Shown here: positions 18,501-27,430 of the stretch, piece after piece | How positions within the stretch are numbered: the first letter of the stretch is position 1 | How the letters are laid out: each line of letters begins with the position of its first letter | Source of the DNA: Gammaproteobacteria bacterium | GTDB taxonomy: Bacteria > Pseudomonadota > Gammaproteobacteria > Steroidobacterales > PWYM01 | Reading direction: 5' to 3' | Assembly (NCBI GenBank): GCA_003567475.1 | Contig: PWZL01000048.1 | Span: forward strand, 1,518 to 65,517 | DNA: 64,000 bases | Notes under the pieces: model-generated | The model's database searches: none | What the model was told of the DNA's origin: nothing | What the model saw: only the letters and a program-made list of their open reading frames with translations | Made by a program: the position numbers and the translations under genes

Positions 18501-20285
18501 GTGTCCATGACCCTGGAGCAGGGAATCGTTTTCGCCGTGCTTGGTCTGGCCCTGGCAATGTTCGTCTGGGGCCGGTTCCGCTACGATCTCGTTGCCCTGC
18601 TGGCGCTGCTGGTCGTGGTGCTCACAGGTGTGCTGCCTGCAGATCAGGCCTTCACCGGCTTTGCCCACCCCGCAGTGATCACCGTCGCCGCGGTGCTGGT
18701 GATCAGCCGCGCGCTGCAGAACGCAGGGATTGTCGATGTGGTGATCCGCCTGCTCTCGCCGCTGCGCGGACGGATGATTCTGCAGCTGGTCGGGCAGACG
18801 GTTGCGGTCGCCGTGCTCTCGGCCTTCATGAACAACATCGGTGCCATGGCCCTGATGTTGCCGGTGGCGCTGCGCAACGCCTATCGGGAGAGATACTCGC
18901 CCGCGATTGCGCTGATGCCACTGGCATTCGGCTCGATCCTCGGCGGCATGACCACGCTGATCGGGACCCCGCCGAACATCATCATTTCCACCTTCCGCGC
19001 GGAGACTCTGGGCGAAGGCTTCTCGATGTTCGCCTTCGCGCCGGTGGGCGGAACGGTGGCGCTGCTTGGGGTGCTGTTTGTCGCCCTGGTCGGCTGGCGG
19101 CTCATTCCAGCGGAACGGGTGGACGCCGGGACGGGTGACTCGCCACTGGATATCAGCGATTACATCACCGAGCTGCGCGTGCCTGAGGACTCGAAGCTTG
19201 CCGGGATGAGTGTCGATGAGGTCGAAAAACTCGCCGACGACGAGGCGGTCATCGTCGGCCTGGTGCGCGACCAGTCCCGGCGCCTGGCGCCACGCGGTCA
19301 TGTGGAACTGCACGCCGGGGACCTGCTGGTGGTCGAGGCCGACCCGGAGGCGCTGAAGGAGTTGATCGGCGCGAGCGATCTCGAGCTCGAGGAGGAACGT
19401 GAGCTCGAGCATGGCGACCTGCGCTCCGATGAGGTGGTGATGTTCGAAGCCATTGTCGGCACGGCCTCGGCCCTGGTGGGCAAGACGCCTGCGGCGATCC
19501 GGCTGCGCGACCGTCATGGCCTGAACCTGCTGGCCGTCGCACGCCAGGGCCGTCGGATCCATCGCCGCTTGAGCCATACTCGCCTCCGGCCCGGCGACGT
19601 GCTGCTGTTGCAGGGGGGCGAGGAACGGATGAAAGAGGCGCTCTCGGAGTTCGGGCTGCTGCCGCTGGCCGAGCGCGATGTCAACATTGCCCGGCCGAAA
19701 CACCTGCTGCTGGCCAGTGGGATCTTCGCCTCGGCGATCGTGACCGTGGTCACAGGCCTGCTGCCCGCGCATATCGCCTTTGCCACGGCGGTGGCCGGCC
19801 TCGCGCTGTTCAGCGTGGTTCGCCGGGATGAGCTCTACACGGCCGTCGACTGGCCGGTGATCGTGCTGCTCGGCGCGATGATTCCGGTGGGTACGGCGCT
19901 CGAGCTGACCGGCGGGACCGCCCTGCTGGCCGATGGCGTGCTGGCCCTGACCGGTGATTTCGGGCCGGTTTGGGTGGTCGTGCTGCTGATGGTCGCCACG
20001 ATGATGCTCTCGGATGTGATCAACAACAACGCCACGGCAGTGCTGATGGCACCGTTGGCCTTCGACCTGTCAGGCCGTCTCGGGGTCAACGCCGATCCCC
20101 TGCTGATGGCCGTGGCCATCGGCGCGTCCTGCGCGTTTCTGACCCCCATCGGCCACCAGTCCAATACGCTGGTGTTCGAGCCCGGCGGCTATCGTTTCGG
20201 CGACTACTGGCGGATGGGTCTGCCGCTGGAGGCCATGATTGTCGTCGTTTCGGTGCCGCTGCTGCTGCTGATCTTCCCGTTGTGA
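18501..20285 (+). CDS. SLC13/DASS-family anion permease with two central TrkA-C (RCK-C) domains
   Basis: 594 aa. The transmembrane halves (AFTGFAHPAVITVAAVLVISRAL..., ...VINNNATAVLMAPLA) flank two TrkA-C-like soluble repeats (YITELRVPEDSKLAGMSVDE..., VMFEAIVGTASALVGKT...). The ATG at 18507, with GGGAG 5 nt upstream, is an alternative start. Confidence 0.9.
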   Translation: MSMTLEQGIVFAVLGLALAMFVWGRFRYDLVALLALLVVVLTGVLPADQAFTGFAHPAVITVAAVLVISRALQNAGIVDVVIRLLSPLRGRMILQLVGQTVAVAVLSAFMNNIGAMALMLPVALRNAYRERYSPAIALMPLAFGSILGGMTTLIGTPPNIIISTFRAETLGEGFSMFAFAPVGGTVALLGVLFVALVGWRLIPAERVDAGTGDSPLDISDYITELRVPEDSKLAGMSVDEVEKLADDEAVIVGLVRDQSRRLAPRGHVELHAGDLLVVEADPEALKELIGASDLELEEERELEHGDLRSDEVVMFEAIVGTASALVGKTPAAIRLRDRHGLNLLAVARQGRRIHRRLSHTRLRPGDVLLLQGGEERMKEALSEFGLLPLAERDVNIARPKHLLLASGIFASAIVTVVTGLLPAHIAFATAVAGLALFSVVRRDELYTAVDWPVIVLLGAMIPVGTALELTGGTALLADGVLALTGDFGPVWVVVLLMVATMMLSDVINNNATAVLMAPLAFDLSGRLGVNADPLLMAVAIGASCAFLTPIGHQSNTLVFEPGGYRFGDYWRMGLPLEAMIVVVSVPLLLLIFPL

Positions 20286-20340
20286 GTCCACGTTACAATG
20301 ACGCCTGGTCCGCAGAGACGGATCGGGTGCATGAGGGCGT

Positions 20341-21246
20341 GTGATGGCAACAGTGGCATTCATCGGTCTGGGCGTGATGGGCGCACCCATGGCCGGTCAT
20401 CTGGGCGCCGCCGGCCATCAGCTGCGGGTGTGGAATCGTGGCCGCGAGCGTCTCGACGGCTGGCTGGCACGTCACGCAGGCGTGCGCACGGCCAGTCCTC
20501 GCGAGGCGGCTACCGGGGCTGAGTTCGTCTTCACCTGTGTCGGGGACGACCCGGACGTCGAGGCCGTCGTCTGCGGCGAGGACGGCGTGCTCGCCGGGCT
20601 GGCCCCAGGCGGTGTCTGGATCGACCACACCACCTGCTCGGCGGCGCTGGCGCGACGTCTCGCCGCACAAGCCTCGGCCCTGGGGCTGTACGCACTCGAT
20701 GCCCCGGTTTCCGGCGGCCAGGCGGGCGCGGAGAACGGGACCCTGACGGTCATGACCGGTGGTGAGCGCGCCGCATTCGAGCGCGCGGAACCGGTCATGC
20801 GCAGCTACGCGAAGCGCGTGCGCCTGCTTGGCGCGGCCGGTGCCGGCCAGCTGACCAAGATGGTCAACCAGATCTGCATTGCCGGTCTGCTCCAGGGGCT
20901 GGCCGAGGGCCTGCATTTCGGCGAGCGCGCCGGGCTCGATCTCGAGGCGGTGGTCGAGGTTCTCTGCGCCGGCGCAGCGCAGTCCTGGCAGATGGACCAT
21001 CGGCATCGCAGCATGGCTGCAGGTGAATTCGATTTCGGTTTTGCGGTGGAGTGGATGCGCAAGGACCTGCGCATCTGTCTCGAGGAGGCGCGCCACTCCG
21101 GGACCGCCCTGCCTGTCACGGCGATGGTCGATCAGTTCTACGCCGAGGTCATGGCCATGGGGGGTGCCCGCTGGGATACCTCCAGCCTGATTGCCCGCCT
21201 CCGGCAGTGCGCTGGTGACCGCCGAAAGGAGATCCGTAACTCATGA
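20341..21246 (+). CDS. NAD(P)-dependent 3-hydroxyisobutyrate dehydrogenase / beta-hydroxyacid dehydrogenase family oxidoreductase
   Basis: 301 aa. It has the Rossmann motif VAFIGLGVMGAPMAGHL and the typical DAPVSGG and GAGQLTKMVNQ motifs. Confidence 0.85.
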   Translation: MMATVAFIGLGVMGAPMAGHLGAAGHQLRVWNRGRERLDGWLARHAGVRTASPREAATGAEFVFTCVGDDPDVEAVVCGEDGVLAGLAPGGVWIDHTTCSAALARRLAAQASALGLYALDAPVSGGQAGAENGTLTVMTGGERAAFERAEPVMRSYAKRVRLLGAAGAGQLTKMVNQICIAGLLQGLAEGLHFGERAGLDLEAVVEVLCAGAAQSWQMDHRHRSMAAGEFDFGFAVEWMRKDLRICLEEARHSGTALPVTAMVDQFYAEVMAMGGARWDTSSLIARLRQCAGDRRKEIRNS

Positions 21247-22118
21247 ATCCCATCCTCGCCGACCTGCTTCACGTGCTGGAGCTCGAGCGCATCGAGCAGG
21301 ACATTTTCCGGGGCGAGAGCCGCGACATCGGTGCGCCACAGGTGTTCGGCGGGCAGGTGCTGGGCCAGGCGCTCTCCGCTGCGAGCCAGACGGTCAAGGA
21401 TCGTGTGGTGCACTCGCTGCATGCCTATTTCCTGAGGCGCGGCGATTTCAACGCCTCGATCGTGTTTCATGTCGACCGGTCGCGGGACGGTGGCAGTTTC
21501 AGTGCCCGGCGGGTGGTCGCGATCCAGCACGGTCGGCCGATTTTCACGCTGTCCTGCTCGTTTCAGGTGCCTGAGGAGGGTTTCGAGCATCAGGTGTCCA
21601 TGCCCGAGGTGCCTGAGCCGGAAGGGCTGGCGGACGCACAGACGCTGTATTCGGGCGAAATGCCGGGCATTCCCGAGAAGATTCAGCGGTTCCTGACCCG
21701 CAAACGGCCGTTCGAGTTCCGGCCGGTCGACCCGATCAATTTCCTGCGCCCGGAAAAGCGTGATCCGGTGAAGTCGGTGTGGCTGCGGGCGACCGACGCC
21801 CTGCCCGATATCGATCAGATTCACCGGGTGCTCCTGGCTTACGTCTCCGACTATGAGCTGCTGGGCACAGCGGCCTTGCCCCATGGCCTGCGCTTCGGTC
21901 ACGACGATGTGCAGATGGCCAGCCTGGATCACGCGATGTGGTTCCACCGCCCGCCCCGCGTCGACGAGTGGTTTCTCTATACCTCGGACAGCCCGGCGGC
22001 CCAGGGGGGGCGGGGTCTCGCGCGCGGGATGTTCTTCAGCCGCGATGGCACGCTGATGGCCAGCACCGCCCAGGAAGGCCTGATCCGCGTGCGCCGTCGC
22101 GACGGTTCGCCGGACTGA
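21243..22118 (+). CDS. tesB: Acyl-CoA thioesterase II
   Basis: 291 aa. LLHVLELERIEQDIFRGESRDIGAPQVFGGQVLGQAL...SLHAYFLRRGD matches TesB double-hotdog proteins. There is an ATGA overlap with the upstream gene. Confidence 0.9.
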   Translation: MNPILADLLHVLELERIEQDIFRGESRDIGAPQVFGGQVLGQALSAASQTVKDRVVHSLHAYFLRRGDFNASIVFHVDRSRDGGSFSARRVVAIQHGRPIFTLSCSFQVPEEGFEHQVSMPEVPEPEGLADAQTLYSGEMPGIPEKIQRFLTRKRPFEFRPVDPINFLRPEKRDPVKSVWLRATDALPDIDQIHRVLLAYVSDYELLGTAALPHGLRFGHDDVQMASLDHAMWFHRPPRVDEWFLYTSDSPAAQGGRGLARGMFFSRDGTLMASTAQEGLIRVRRRDGSPD

Positions 22119-22162
22119 ACACACGGTCCGCCTCACCCTGGGATGAGCAAGGAGCATCCGCC

Positions 22163-22714
22163 ATGACCGACAGCCTGACGCTCGAGCAGCGTATCCGCCG
22201 ACTTGAGGATCGCGAGGAGATCCGCGAACTGGTCGCCCGCTACGGGATCGTCATCGACGATCGGGTGATCGAAGGCATCGCGGACTGCTTCACCGTGGAT
22301 GGCGCGTTCCGCTCGCGAGACGGGGTGCTCAATGCCCGTGGGCGCGAGGCCGTGGTGGCGCAGTTTCACGGCCGTTTCGCGGTGCTCGGGCCGAGTAATC
22401 ACTTCACCCATGATCACATCATCGAGTTCGATCCGGGTCATCCGGACCGTGCGACCGGGCTGGTGACCTCGCATGCGGAAGTCGTGCGTCACGGGGATGC
22501 CATGTGGACGGCACTGCGCTATGAGGACGAATACCGTCGGGAGGACGGGCGCTGGCGCTTCGCCGACCGTCTGCTGTCGTTCCTCTACTATGTCCGGGTC
22601 GAGGACTACGCCTCGGCAATGGCCGGGCGCGATCGTATGCGCGCCTATGCTGAGCCGGCCGAGGCCGATTTCCCGGAAAAGCTGCCGAGCTGGCAGCGAT
22701 ACTACGGGGATTGA
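22163..22714 (+). CDS. NTF2-like / SnoaL-like domain protein
   Basis: The ATG at 22163 is preceded by AAGGAG. LEQRIRRLEDREEIRELVARYGIVIDD...FTVDGAF...GRWRFADR is the pattern of the SnoaL_4/NTF2 superfamily. The specific function is unknown. Confidence 0.7.
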   Translation: MTDSLTLEQRIRRLEDREEIRELVARYGIVIDDRVIEGIADCFTVDGAFRSRDGVLNARGREAVVAQFHGRFAVLGPSNHFTHDHIIEFDPGHPDRATGLVTSHAEVVRHGDAMWTALRYEDEYRREDGRWRFADRLLSFLYYVRVEDYASAMAGRDRMRAYAEPAEADFPEKLPSWQRYYGD

Positions 22715-22747
22715 CACCGCCGCCCGCCGACTCGGTGGCGCGTCGGT

Positions 22748-23905
22748 TCAGTCCAGCATTTCGAGCTTGCGCCCATATTCATTGCGGATGGCGGCGAAGG
22801 TGGCGTGTTCCTGTGCACGCAGCAGGCTGAGCCTCGCGGCCTCCCGCTGGCCGAGGGCCTCGAGCGTCTGGGCCCGCAGGAAGTGGAATTGATGTTCTTC
22901 CTCGCGCAGGCGGATGGCACGCTCCACGGCGCGCAGGGCCGCGTCCAGATCTGCCTGAGCTACCGCCTGTTCCGCCAGGAAAAAGTGATAGTAGGGATTC
23001 TGTAACTGATGTCGACGGATACGATCGCGATAGACGGCCGCCAGGTCACCCTGTCCGAGACGGTCGTAAAGGCGGGCCAGGTTGCTCATGGCGACCTTGT
23101 GGCCGGCGTCATGCGCCAGCGCCTGATGGAAGGCGGCTTCGGCATGCGTGTCCAGGCCGTTGCGCTGGAACAGCACACCGAGGTTGGTCCAGGCGGGGGT
23201 CGAGCGCGGATCGATCATCAGCGCTGCGCGGAAATGCAGGAAGGCGGTACGCGGGTCGTCGTCGATCAGTGCCTCCACGGCGAGATTGTTGTGGAACAAC
23301 GCGTCGACGACCGCATCGCCGACCGGGCGTTGCGGATAGTTGCCGGTGTATTCCGGCGCGTTGAAGTCGACCACATGGTCGTGTGTGCTGGCGCGCTCGC
23401 GGGTCGTGCGATGGACCCGGACATTGACGTGCTGGTTCAGCATCAGCAGCTCGCCGCCACTGCTCCACACCGGGGGGATATCCACCTGTTGGTAGGACAC
23501 TTCCAGCCCGGCGTCGCGGGCCAGGGCGACGAAGAGATTGGTGAATGACAGGCAGTTGCCGACCCGAGTCTCGAAGGTCTCGGTCGCCGTGCCCGTGATG
23601 GTGGACTGATAGTTGAGCGTCAACAGACCATTGCGGCGCATCTCCCAGAGCAGCCGCTGCAGCCGCCCCTCTGCTGAGGAGACGCCGGCGACGCTGCGTG
23701 AAACAAAGTCGCGCATCTCCGGCGTGAGTGCCCGGGTCTCGATGGCGGGCAGCGCCTGTTCGGAGATCGATTCGCCCAACAGCACCGACCCGTCGAGCAG
23801 CTCGGCGACCGGGGGCAGCTCGCCGCTGCGCGGCAGGGGTGGCGTGGCGGCGCAGCCGGCAATCGACACGACCACCACCAGCGCCAGGGCAGAACGGAAC
23901 ACCAC
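22748..23905 (-). CDS. Lipoprotein with a transglutaminase-like cysteine-protease core and C-terminal TPR repeats
   Basis: 385 aa. The signal/lipobox is VVVVSIAGC. A transglutaminase-like Cys region reads RVGNCLSFTNLFVALARDAGLEV, followed by NQHVNVRV. The C-terminal half has TPR-like repeats (AWTNLGVLFQRNGL..AEAAFHQALAHD...). Confidence 0.65.
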   Translation of the reverse strand: MVFRSALALVVVVSIAGCAATPPLPRSGELPPVAELLDGSVLLGESISEQALPAIETRALTPEMRDFVSRSVAGVSSAEGRLQRLLWEMRRNGLLTLNYQSTITGTATETFETRVGNCLSFTNLFVALARDAGLEVSYQQVDIPPVWSSGGELLMLNQHVNVRVHRTTRERASTHDHVVDFNAPEYTGNYPQRPVGDAVVDALFHNNLAVEALIDDDPRTAFLHFRAALMIDPRSTPAWTNLGVLFQRNGLDTHAEAAFHQALAHDAGHKVAMSNLARLYDRLGQGDLAAVYRDRIRRHQLQNPYYHFFLAEQAVAQADLDAALRAVERAIRLREEEHQFHFLRAQTLEALGQREAARLSLLRAQEHATFAAIRNEYGRKLEMLD

Positions 23906-23979
23906 CTCGGACCTCTCTCGCAGACGGTCGTCCGCCGCTTTGGCGGCTGCGCGGCGCCGTCTTTTCTGAAACCTGACGG

Positions 23980-25371
23980 TTAGATCACGCGCGAGTAGCG
24001 GGGTTCCGTGGGACTGCGCGCCGCGTGCAGGTACGCATCAAAGGCCATCGCGATCGGGCGCAGTAGCAGCCGACCGCGATCACTGACCTCGATGGTGTCG
24101 CTGGCCACGGCAACCAGCCCGTCGTCGGCCAGCGGCAGCAGACGCTCGAGCTCGGGGGCGAAGTGCCTGGCGAACTCGATCGCGTAGCGCTGCTCGATGT
24201 CGCGGACGTCCAGACGGCGTCCGCACATCAGGGCCTGGATGATTTCGCCCCGCAGCAGGTCTTCATCGTCCAGGACCAGGCCCTGCGCCACGGGGATGCG
24301 GCCAAGACTGACCTCCGCTGCCCAGTGTCCGACATCGCGGTGATTCTGCGCGAAGGCCGGCCCGATCCGGCCGATGGCCGACACCCCGAGTGCCAGCAGA
24401 TCACGGCCTGCGCCCGTGGCGTATCCCTGGAAGTTGCGCTGGAGCGTGCCCTCCCGCAAGGCGACGGCGAGTTCGTCGTCTGGCAGTGCGAAGTGGTCCA
24501 TGCCGATGTAGACATAGCCGGCCTCGGTCAGTCGCTCGATGGTCATCGCCAGCAATGCGAGTTTCTCGGCGGCCGATGGCAGATCCTCAGCGCGGATCTG
24601 GCGCTGGACCTTGAACCGGTCCGGCAGGTGGGCATAGCTGTACACGGCCAGCCGGTCGGGCCGCAGTCCGATCACGGTCTCGAGAGTCTGGGCAAAGCGT
24701 TCGCGGGTCTGCAGCGGCAGGCCGTAGATGAGGTCCAGATTGATCGAGCGGAAGCCGGCCTGTCTGGCCGCATCGATGACTTCGGTGGTCTGGTCGATGC
24801 TCTGGATGCGGTTGGTCGCCTGCTGCACGGCAGGATCAAAATCCTGCACGCCGATGCTCAGTCGGTTGAAACCCAGCCCGGCGAGATGATGGATGCGTGC
24901 AGCGTCGGTGGTGCGCGGATCGATCTCGATCGAAAACTCGCGCGCCTCACCCGGCTCCAGCGCCAGCGCCGTATCCAGCGCGCGCATGAGGCGCGAGAGC
25001 TCGGCATCCTTCAGGTAGGTTGGTGTACCGCCGCCGAAGTGCAGCTGGTCGACCTGCGGGCGCAGCCCGAACAGGCTGCTCTGTAGCGCGAGTTCCTGCA
25101 CCAGCACCTCGAGGTAGTCCTCGGCGCGGCGATAGTTGGCGGTGACGACCTTGTTGCAGCCGCAGTAGTAGCAGACCGTGCGGCAGAACGGCACGTGGAC
25201 ATAGACGGACAGCGGGTCGCTGGTGTGTTCCCGCTGCGCCCGCACCAGAAGGCGGTACTCCTCCTCGGCCATCGGCCGGAACTGTGGCGCGGCGGGGTAG
25301 GAGGTGTAGCGTGGTCCGCGGGTGTCGTATTTGTCGAGCAGGGCCGCATCGAACTGCAGGGCCTCGGCCAT
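23980..25371 (-). CDS. hemN: Oxygen-independent coproporphyrinogen III oxidase (radical SAM)
   Basis: I chose the ATG at 25371. MAEALQFDAALLDKYDTRGPRYTSYPAAPQF...LSVYVHVPFCRTVCYYCGCN is canonical HemN, including the CxxxCxxC cluster. The track ORF start at 25560 adds an Arg-rich artefactual extension. Confidence 0.9.
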   Translation of the reverse strand: MAEALQFDAALLDKYDTRGPRYTSYPAAPQFRPMAEEEYRLLVRAQREHTSDPLSVYVHVPFCRTVCYYCGCNKVVTANYRRAEDYLEVLVQELALQSSLFGLRPQVDQLHFGGGTPTYLKDAELSRLMRALDTALALEPGEAREFSIEIDPRTTDAARIHHLAGLGFNRLSIGVQDFDPAVQQATNRIQSIDQTTEVIDAARQAGFRSINLDLIYGLPLQTRERFAQTLETVIGLRPDRLAVYSYAHLPDRFKVQRQIRAEDLPSAAEKLALLAMTIERLTEAGYVYIGMDHFALPDDELAVALREGTLQRNFQGYATGAGRDLLALGVSAIGRIGPAFAQNHRDVGHWAAEVSLGRIPVAQGLVLDDEDLLRGEIIQALMCGRRLDVRDIEQRYAIEFARHFAPELERLLPLADDGLVAVASDTIEVSDRGRLLLRPIAMAFDAYLHAARSPTEPRYSRVI

Positions 25372-25442
25372 GGGGGTGCTCCAGGAGACGTCAGCCCATG
25401 AGCGTAGGCCAGCCCGATCGCTCGCGCAGTCGTGGATTTTCC

Positions 25443-26519
25443 CTATCGCGGTCGCGCAGGGTCGTCGGCCAGCCGCCTCAGCATCGCGGCGACGGCGGTG
25501 GTCTGCGCCGCGCTGCGCTCGGCGTAGTCCTCGCCGCTGTAGCCCCACCAGTCCCAGCACCCCTGGGGGTTCAGGGGACGCAGACGACTGGGGCGGACCT
25601 GCGGGTACAGCACCACGATATCGTTGTGCTCGGCCCAGGCATTGAGCCCGGTGTGGCGGACAAAGGCGTCGCCGATGAACTCCTCGGACTGGCGGCAGCC
25701 GTGGAAAGCCACGTGCAGCCGGCAGGTCCGCGTGCCGTCCTGGCAGGCCGGCGGGAGGTACAGCCAGCCGGACTCATGCAGCGAATGCCGGTCGCGCGAC
25801 GGCCAGAAGGGTCGCTGATCGAAACGGTGCAGGCCACCCGGCCTGCCGGTCCCGTCGGGCGGTGTGAGGTCATCGAGCAGCGCACGGAGCAGTTTGCCGG
25901 CCACATCCACGCCGCAGGCGGTCAGATACGGCGGATCGAAACCTTCGCAGGCCGCACCGAAATCCACGGTCGGCCAGCCATGTACCGCGTCGATATCCTC
26001 GCGCAGGAGGATCTGCGCCTCGGGTGCATAGGCCTGGTAAAACCCGGCCAGCGCGCGGTTGACGCCGGCACTGATCACGGTGTCGCGGGCGCCACGAAAC
26101 AGCCAGATGCGGTCATCAGCCACAGCCGCTGCTGGGGCAAGGCGGCCTTCGTCGGCGAGGCGGCGTGCCTCGGCCGCCAGTCGCCCGGCCTCGAGACTCG
26201 ACTCGTCACCGTCGATACAACGCCCCAGCGCCTGCTGCAGGCGACCCTCGGCGCAGCGCCAGGGGCCTGCCGCCAGCACCGCGACCCCGCTGATCCAGTC
26301 GGCATGGGCGAGGTGAAACTGCGTGGCCATGTAGCCCCCCGCGGAGATGCCGGACACCGTGACCCCGGACAGCGCGAGCCCAAGTGCCGGCAACTGACCG
26401 GGGGTCGCGGCGGCGCTCTCCGGTGAAACCCCGTCCGGGGTCGACATCTCGCCGTCGCTGCATGCGCCACCCAGCAGGACAACCAGCACCGCCAGTGTGA
26501 GGCCGTGAGGTCGCCGCAT
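25443..26519 (-). CDS. Secreted or lipoprotein esterase of the PHB-depolymerase / feruloyl-esterase-like family
   Basis: 358 aa. The signal peptide has a Cys (LVVLLGGAC). The nucleophile elbow is VSGISAGGYMA. The overall pattern (…DRIWLFRGARDTV…, …RLHVAFHGCRQ…, …CWDWWGY…) is as I recall for extracellular PHA-depolymerase-type esterases. Substrate unknown. Confidence 0.7.
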   Translation of the reverse strand: MRRPHGLTLAVLVVLLGGACSDGEMSTPDGVSPESAAATPGQLPALGLALSGVTVSGISAGGYMATQFHLAHADWISGVAVLAAGPWRCAEGRLQQALGRCIDGDESSLEAGRLAAEARRLADEGRLAPAAAVADDRIWLFRGARDTVISAGVNRALAGFYQAYAPEAQILLREDIDAVHGWPTVDFGAACEGFDPPYLTACGVDVAGKLLRALLDDLTPPDGTGRPGGLHRFDQRPFWPSRDRHSLHESGWLYLPPACQDGTRTCRLHVAFHGCRQSEEFIGDAFVRHTGLNAWAEHNDIVVLYPQVRPSRLRPLNPQGCWDWWGYSGEDYAERSAAQTTAVAAMLRRLADDPARPR

Positions 26520-26520
26520 C

Positions 26521-27402
26521 TCAGCAGCGCCCCTGGGCCAGCAGGGACGCGAGGAAGGCGTCGATGGCCGCGATGCTGGTCGGTTCGTCGAGCTGCGGCA
26601 CGTGGCCGCGGCCTGGAATCACCGCCACCCTGAGCTCGGGTTTCTCGGCCTGCATGCGGGTCAGCGTCGCCTCGCTCAGGATGTCCGAGAGTGCCCCCCG
26701 CAGCGCCAGTGTCGGCATGGTCAGTGCGCCGAACAAGGGCCAGGGGTCCGGCGCCTCGCCACTGACGTCCTGCACGGCGCGGCCGATGGCCGGATCGTAA
26801 TCCAGGCGGGGTTGGCCCTGTTCGTCCTCACGGTAGCTGCGGTGCGCGTAGTCCAGCCAGGCGTCTTCATCGAGGTCGGGCAGGGCGAGCCCGTAGATCC
26901 CGCGGATCTGGGCAGTGGCAGCCGCCCAGTCGCTCACCGGCGGCAGCCGCCCGGCGTAACCGCGGATACGTGCCAGGCCTTCCGGCGCGATTTCAGGGCC
27001 GATGTCGTTCAGCACCACACCGGCCAGGCGGCCCGGCTGCTGCGCGGCCATGATCATGGCCATCAAGCCGCCCAGCGAGGTGCCGACCACCACGACGCGT
27101 TCCAGCCCGAGCGTATCGAGCAGTCGCCAGGTGTCGGCGACGTAGGTGGGCGGCTGGTAATTGCGCCAATCCGGGTCAGGGTCGGAGTGACCACGCCCGC
27201 GCAAATCTGGACACAGTACGCGGTGACGCGGCGCAAGTCGCCTGGCGAAGGGGATGAAATCCCGGCTGTTGCGGGTCAGCCCCGGCAGGCAGAGGATGGG
27301 GGGCGTCGCGCTGTCCGGCGAGCCGAAATCTCGATAGAACAGGCTGAGGCCGTCTGCACTCTGCCAGCGGGCCGTCGTAGGGTCAGGGCTGTCGTGGCGC
27401 AT
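26521..27402 (-). CDS. Alpha/beta hydrolase
   Basis: The ATG at 27402 is preceded by GAGGGA. ILCLPGLTRNSRDF...VVGTSLGGLMAM...GRGHVPQLDEP gives the oxyanion region, the GxSxG nucleophile and a C-terminal His. The stop is 1 nt from the esterase start. Confidence 0.8.
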   Translation of the reverse strand: MRHDSPDPTTARWQSADGLSLFYRDFGSPDSATPPILCLPGLTRNSRDFIPFARRLAPRHRVLCPDLRGRGHSDPDPDWRNYQPPTYVADTWRLLDTLGLERVVVVGTSLGGLMAMIMAAQQPGRLAGVVLNDIGPEIAPEGLARIRGYAGRLPPVSDWAAATAQIRGIYGLALPDLDEDAWLDYAHRSYREDEQGQPRLDYDPAIGRAVQDVSGEAPDPWPLFGALTMPTLALRGALSDILSEATLTRMQAEKPELRVAVIPGRGHVPQLDEPTSIAAIDAFLASLLAQGRC

Positions 27403-27430
27403 GGAGATTCCCTCGCTGGTCGGCCAGGGC

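Noticed and set aside
25372-25442. Searched the hemN upstream spacer for an FNR/ANR box (TTGAT-N4-ATCAA), because hemN is usually anaerobically induced.
   Set aside because: Only GGAT...ATC with the wrong spacing (7 nt) is present. There is no credible half-site pair.
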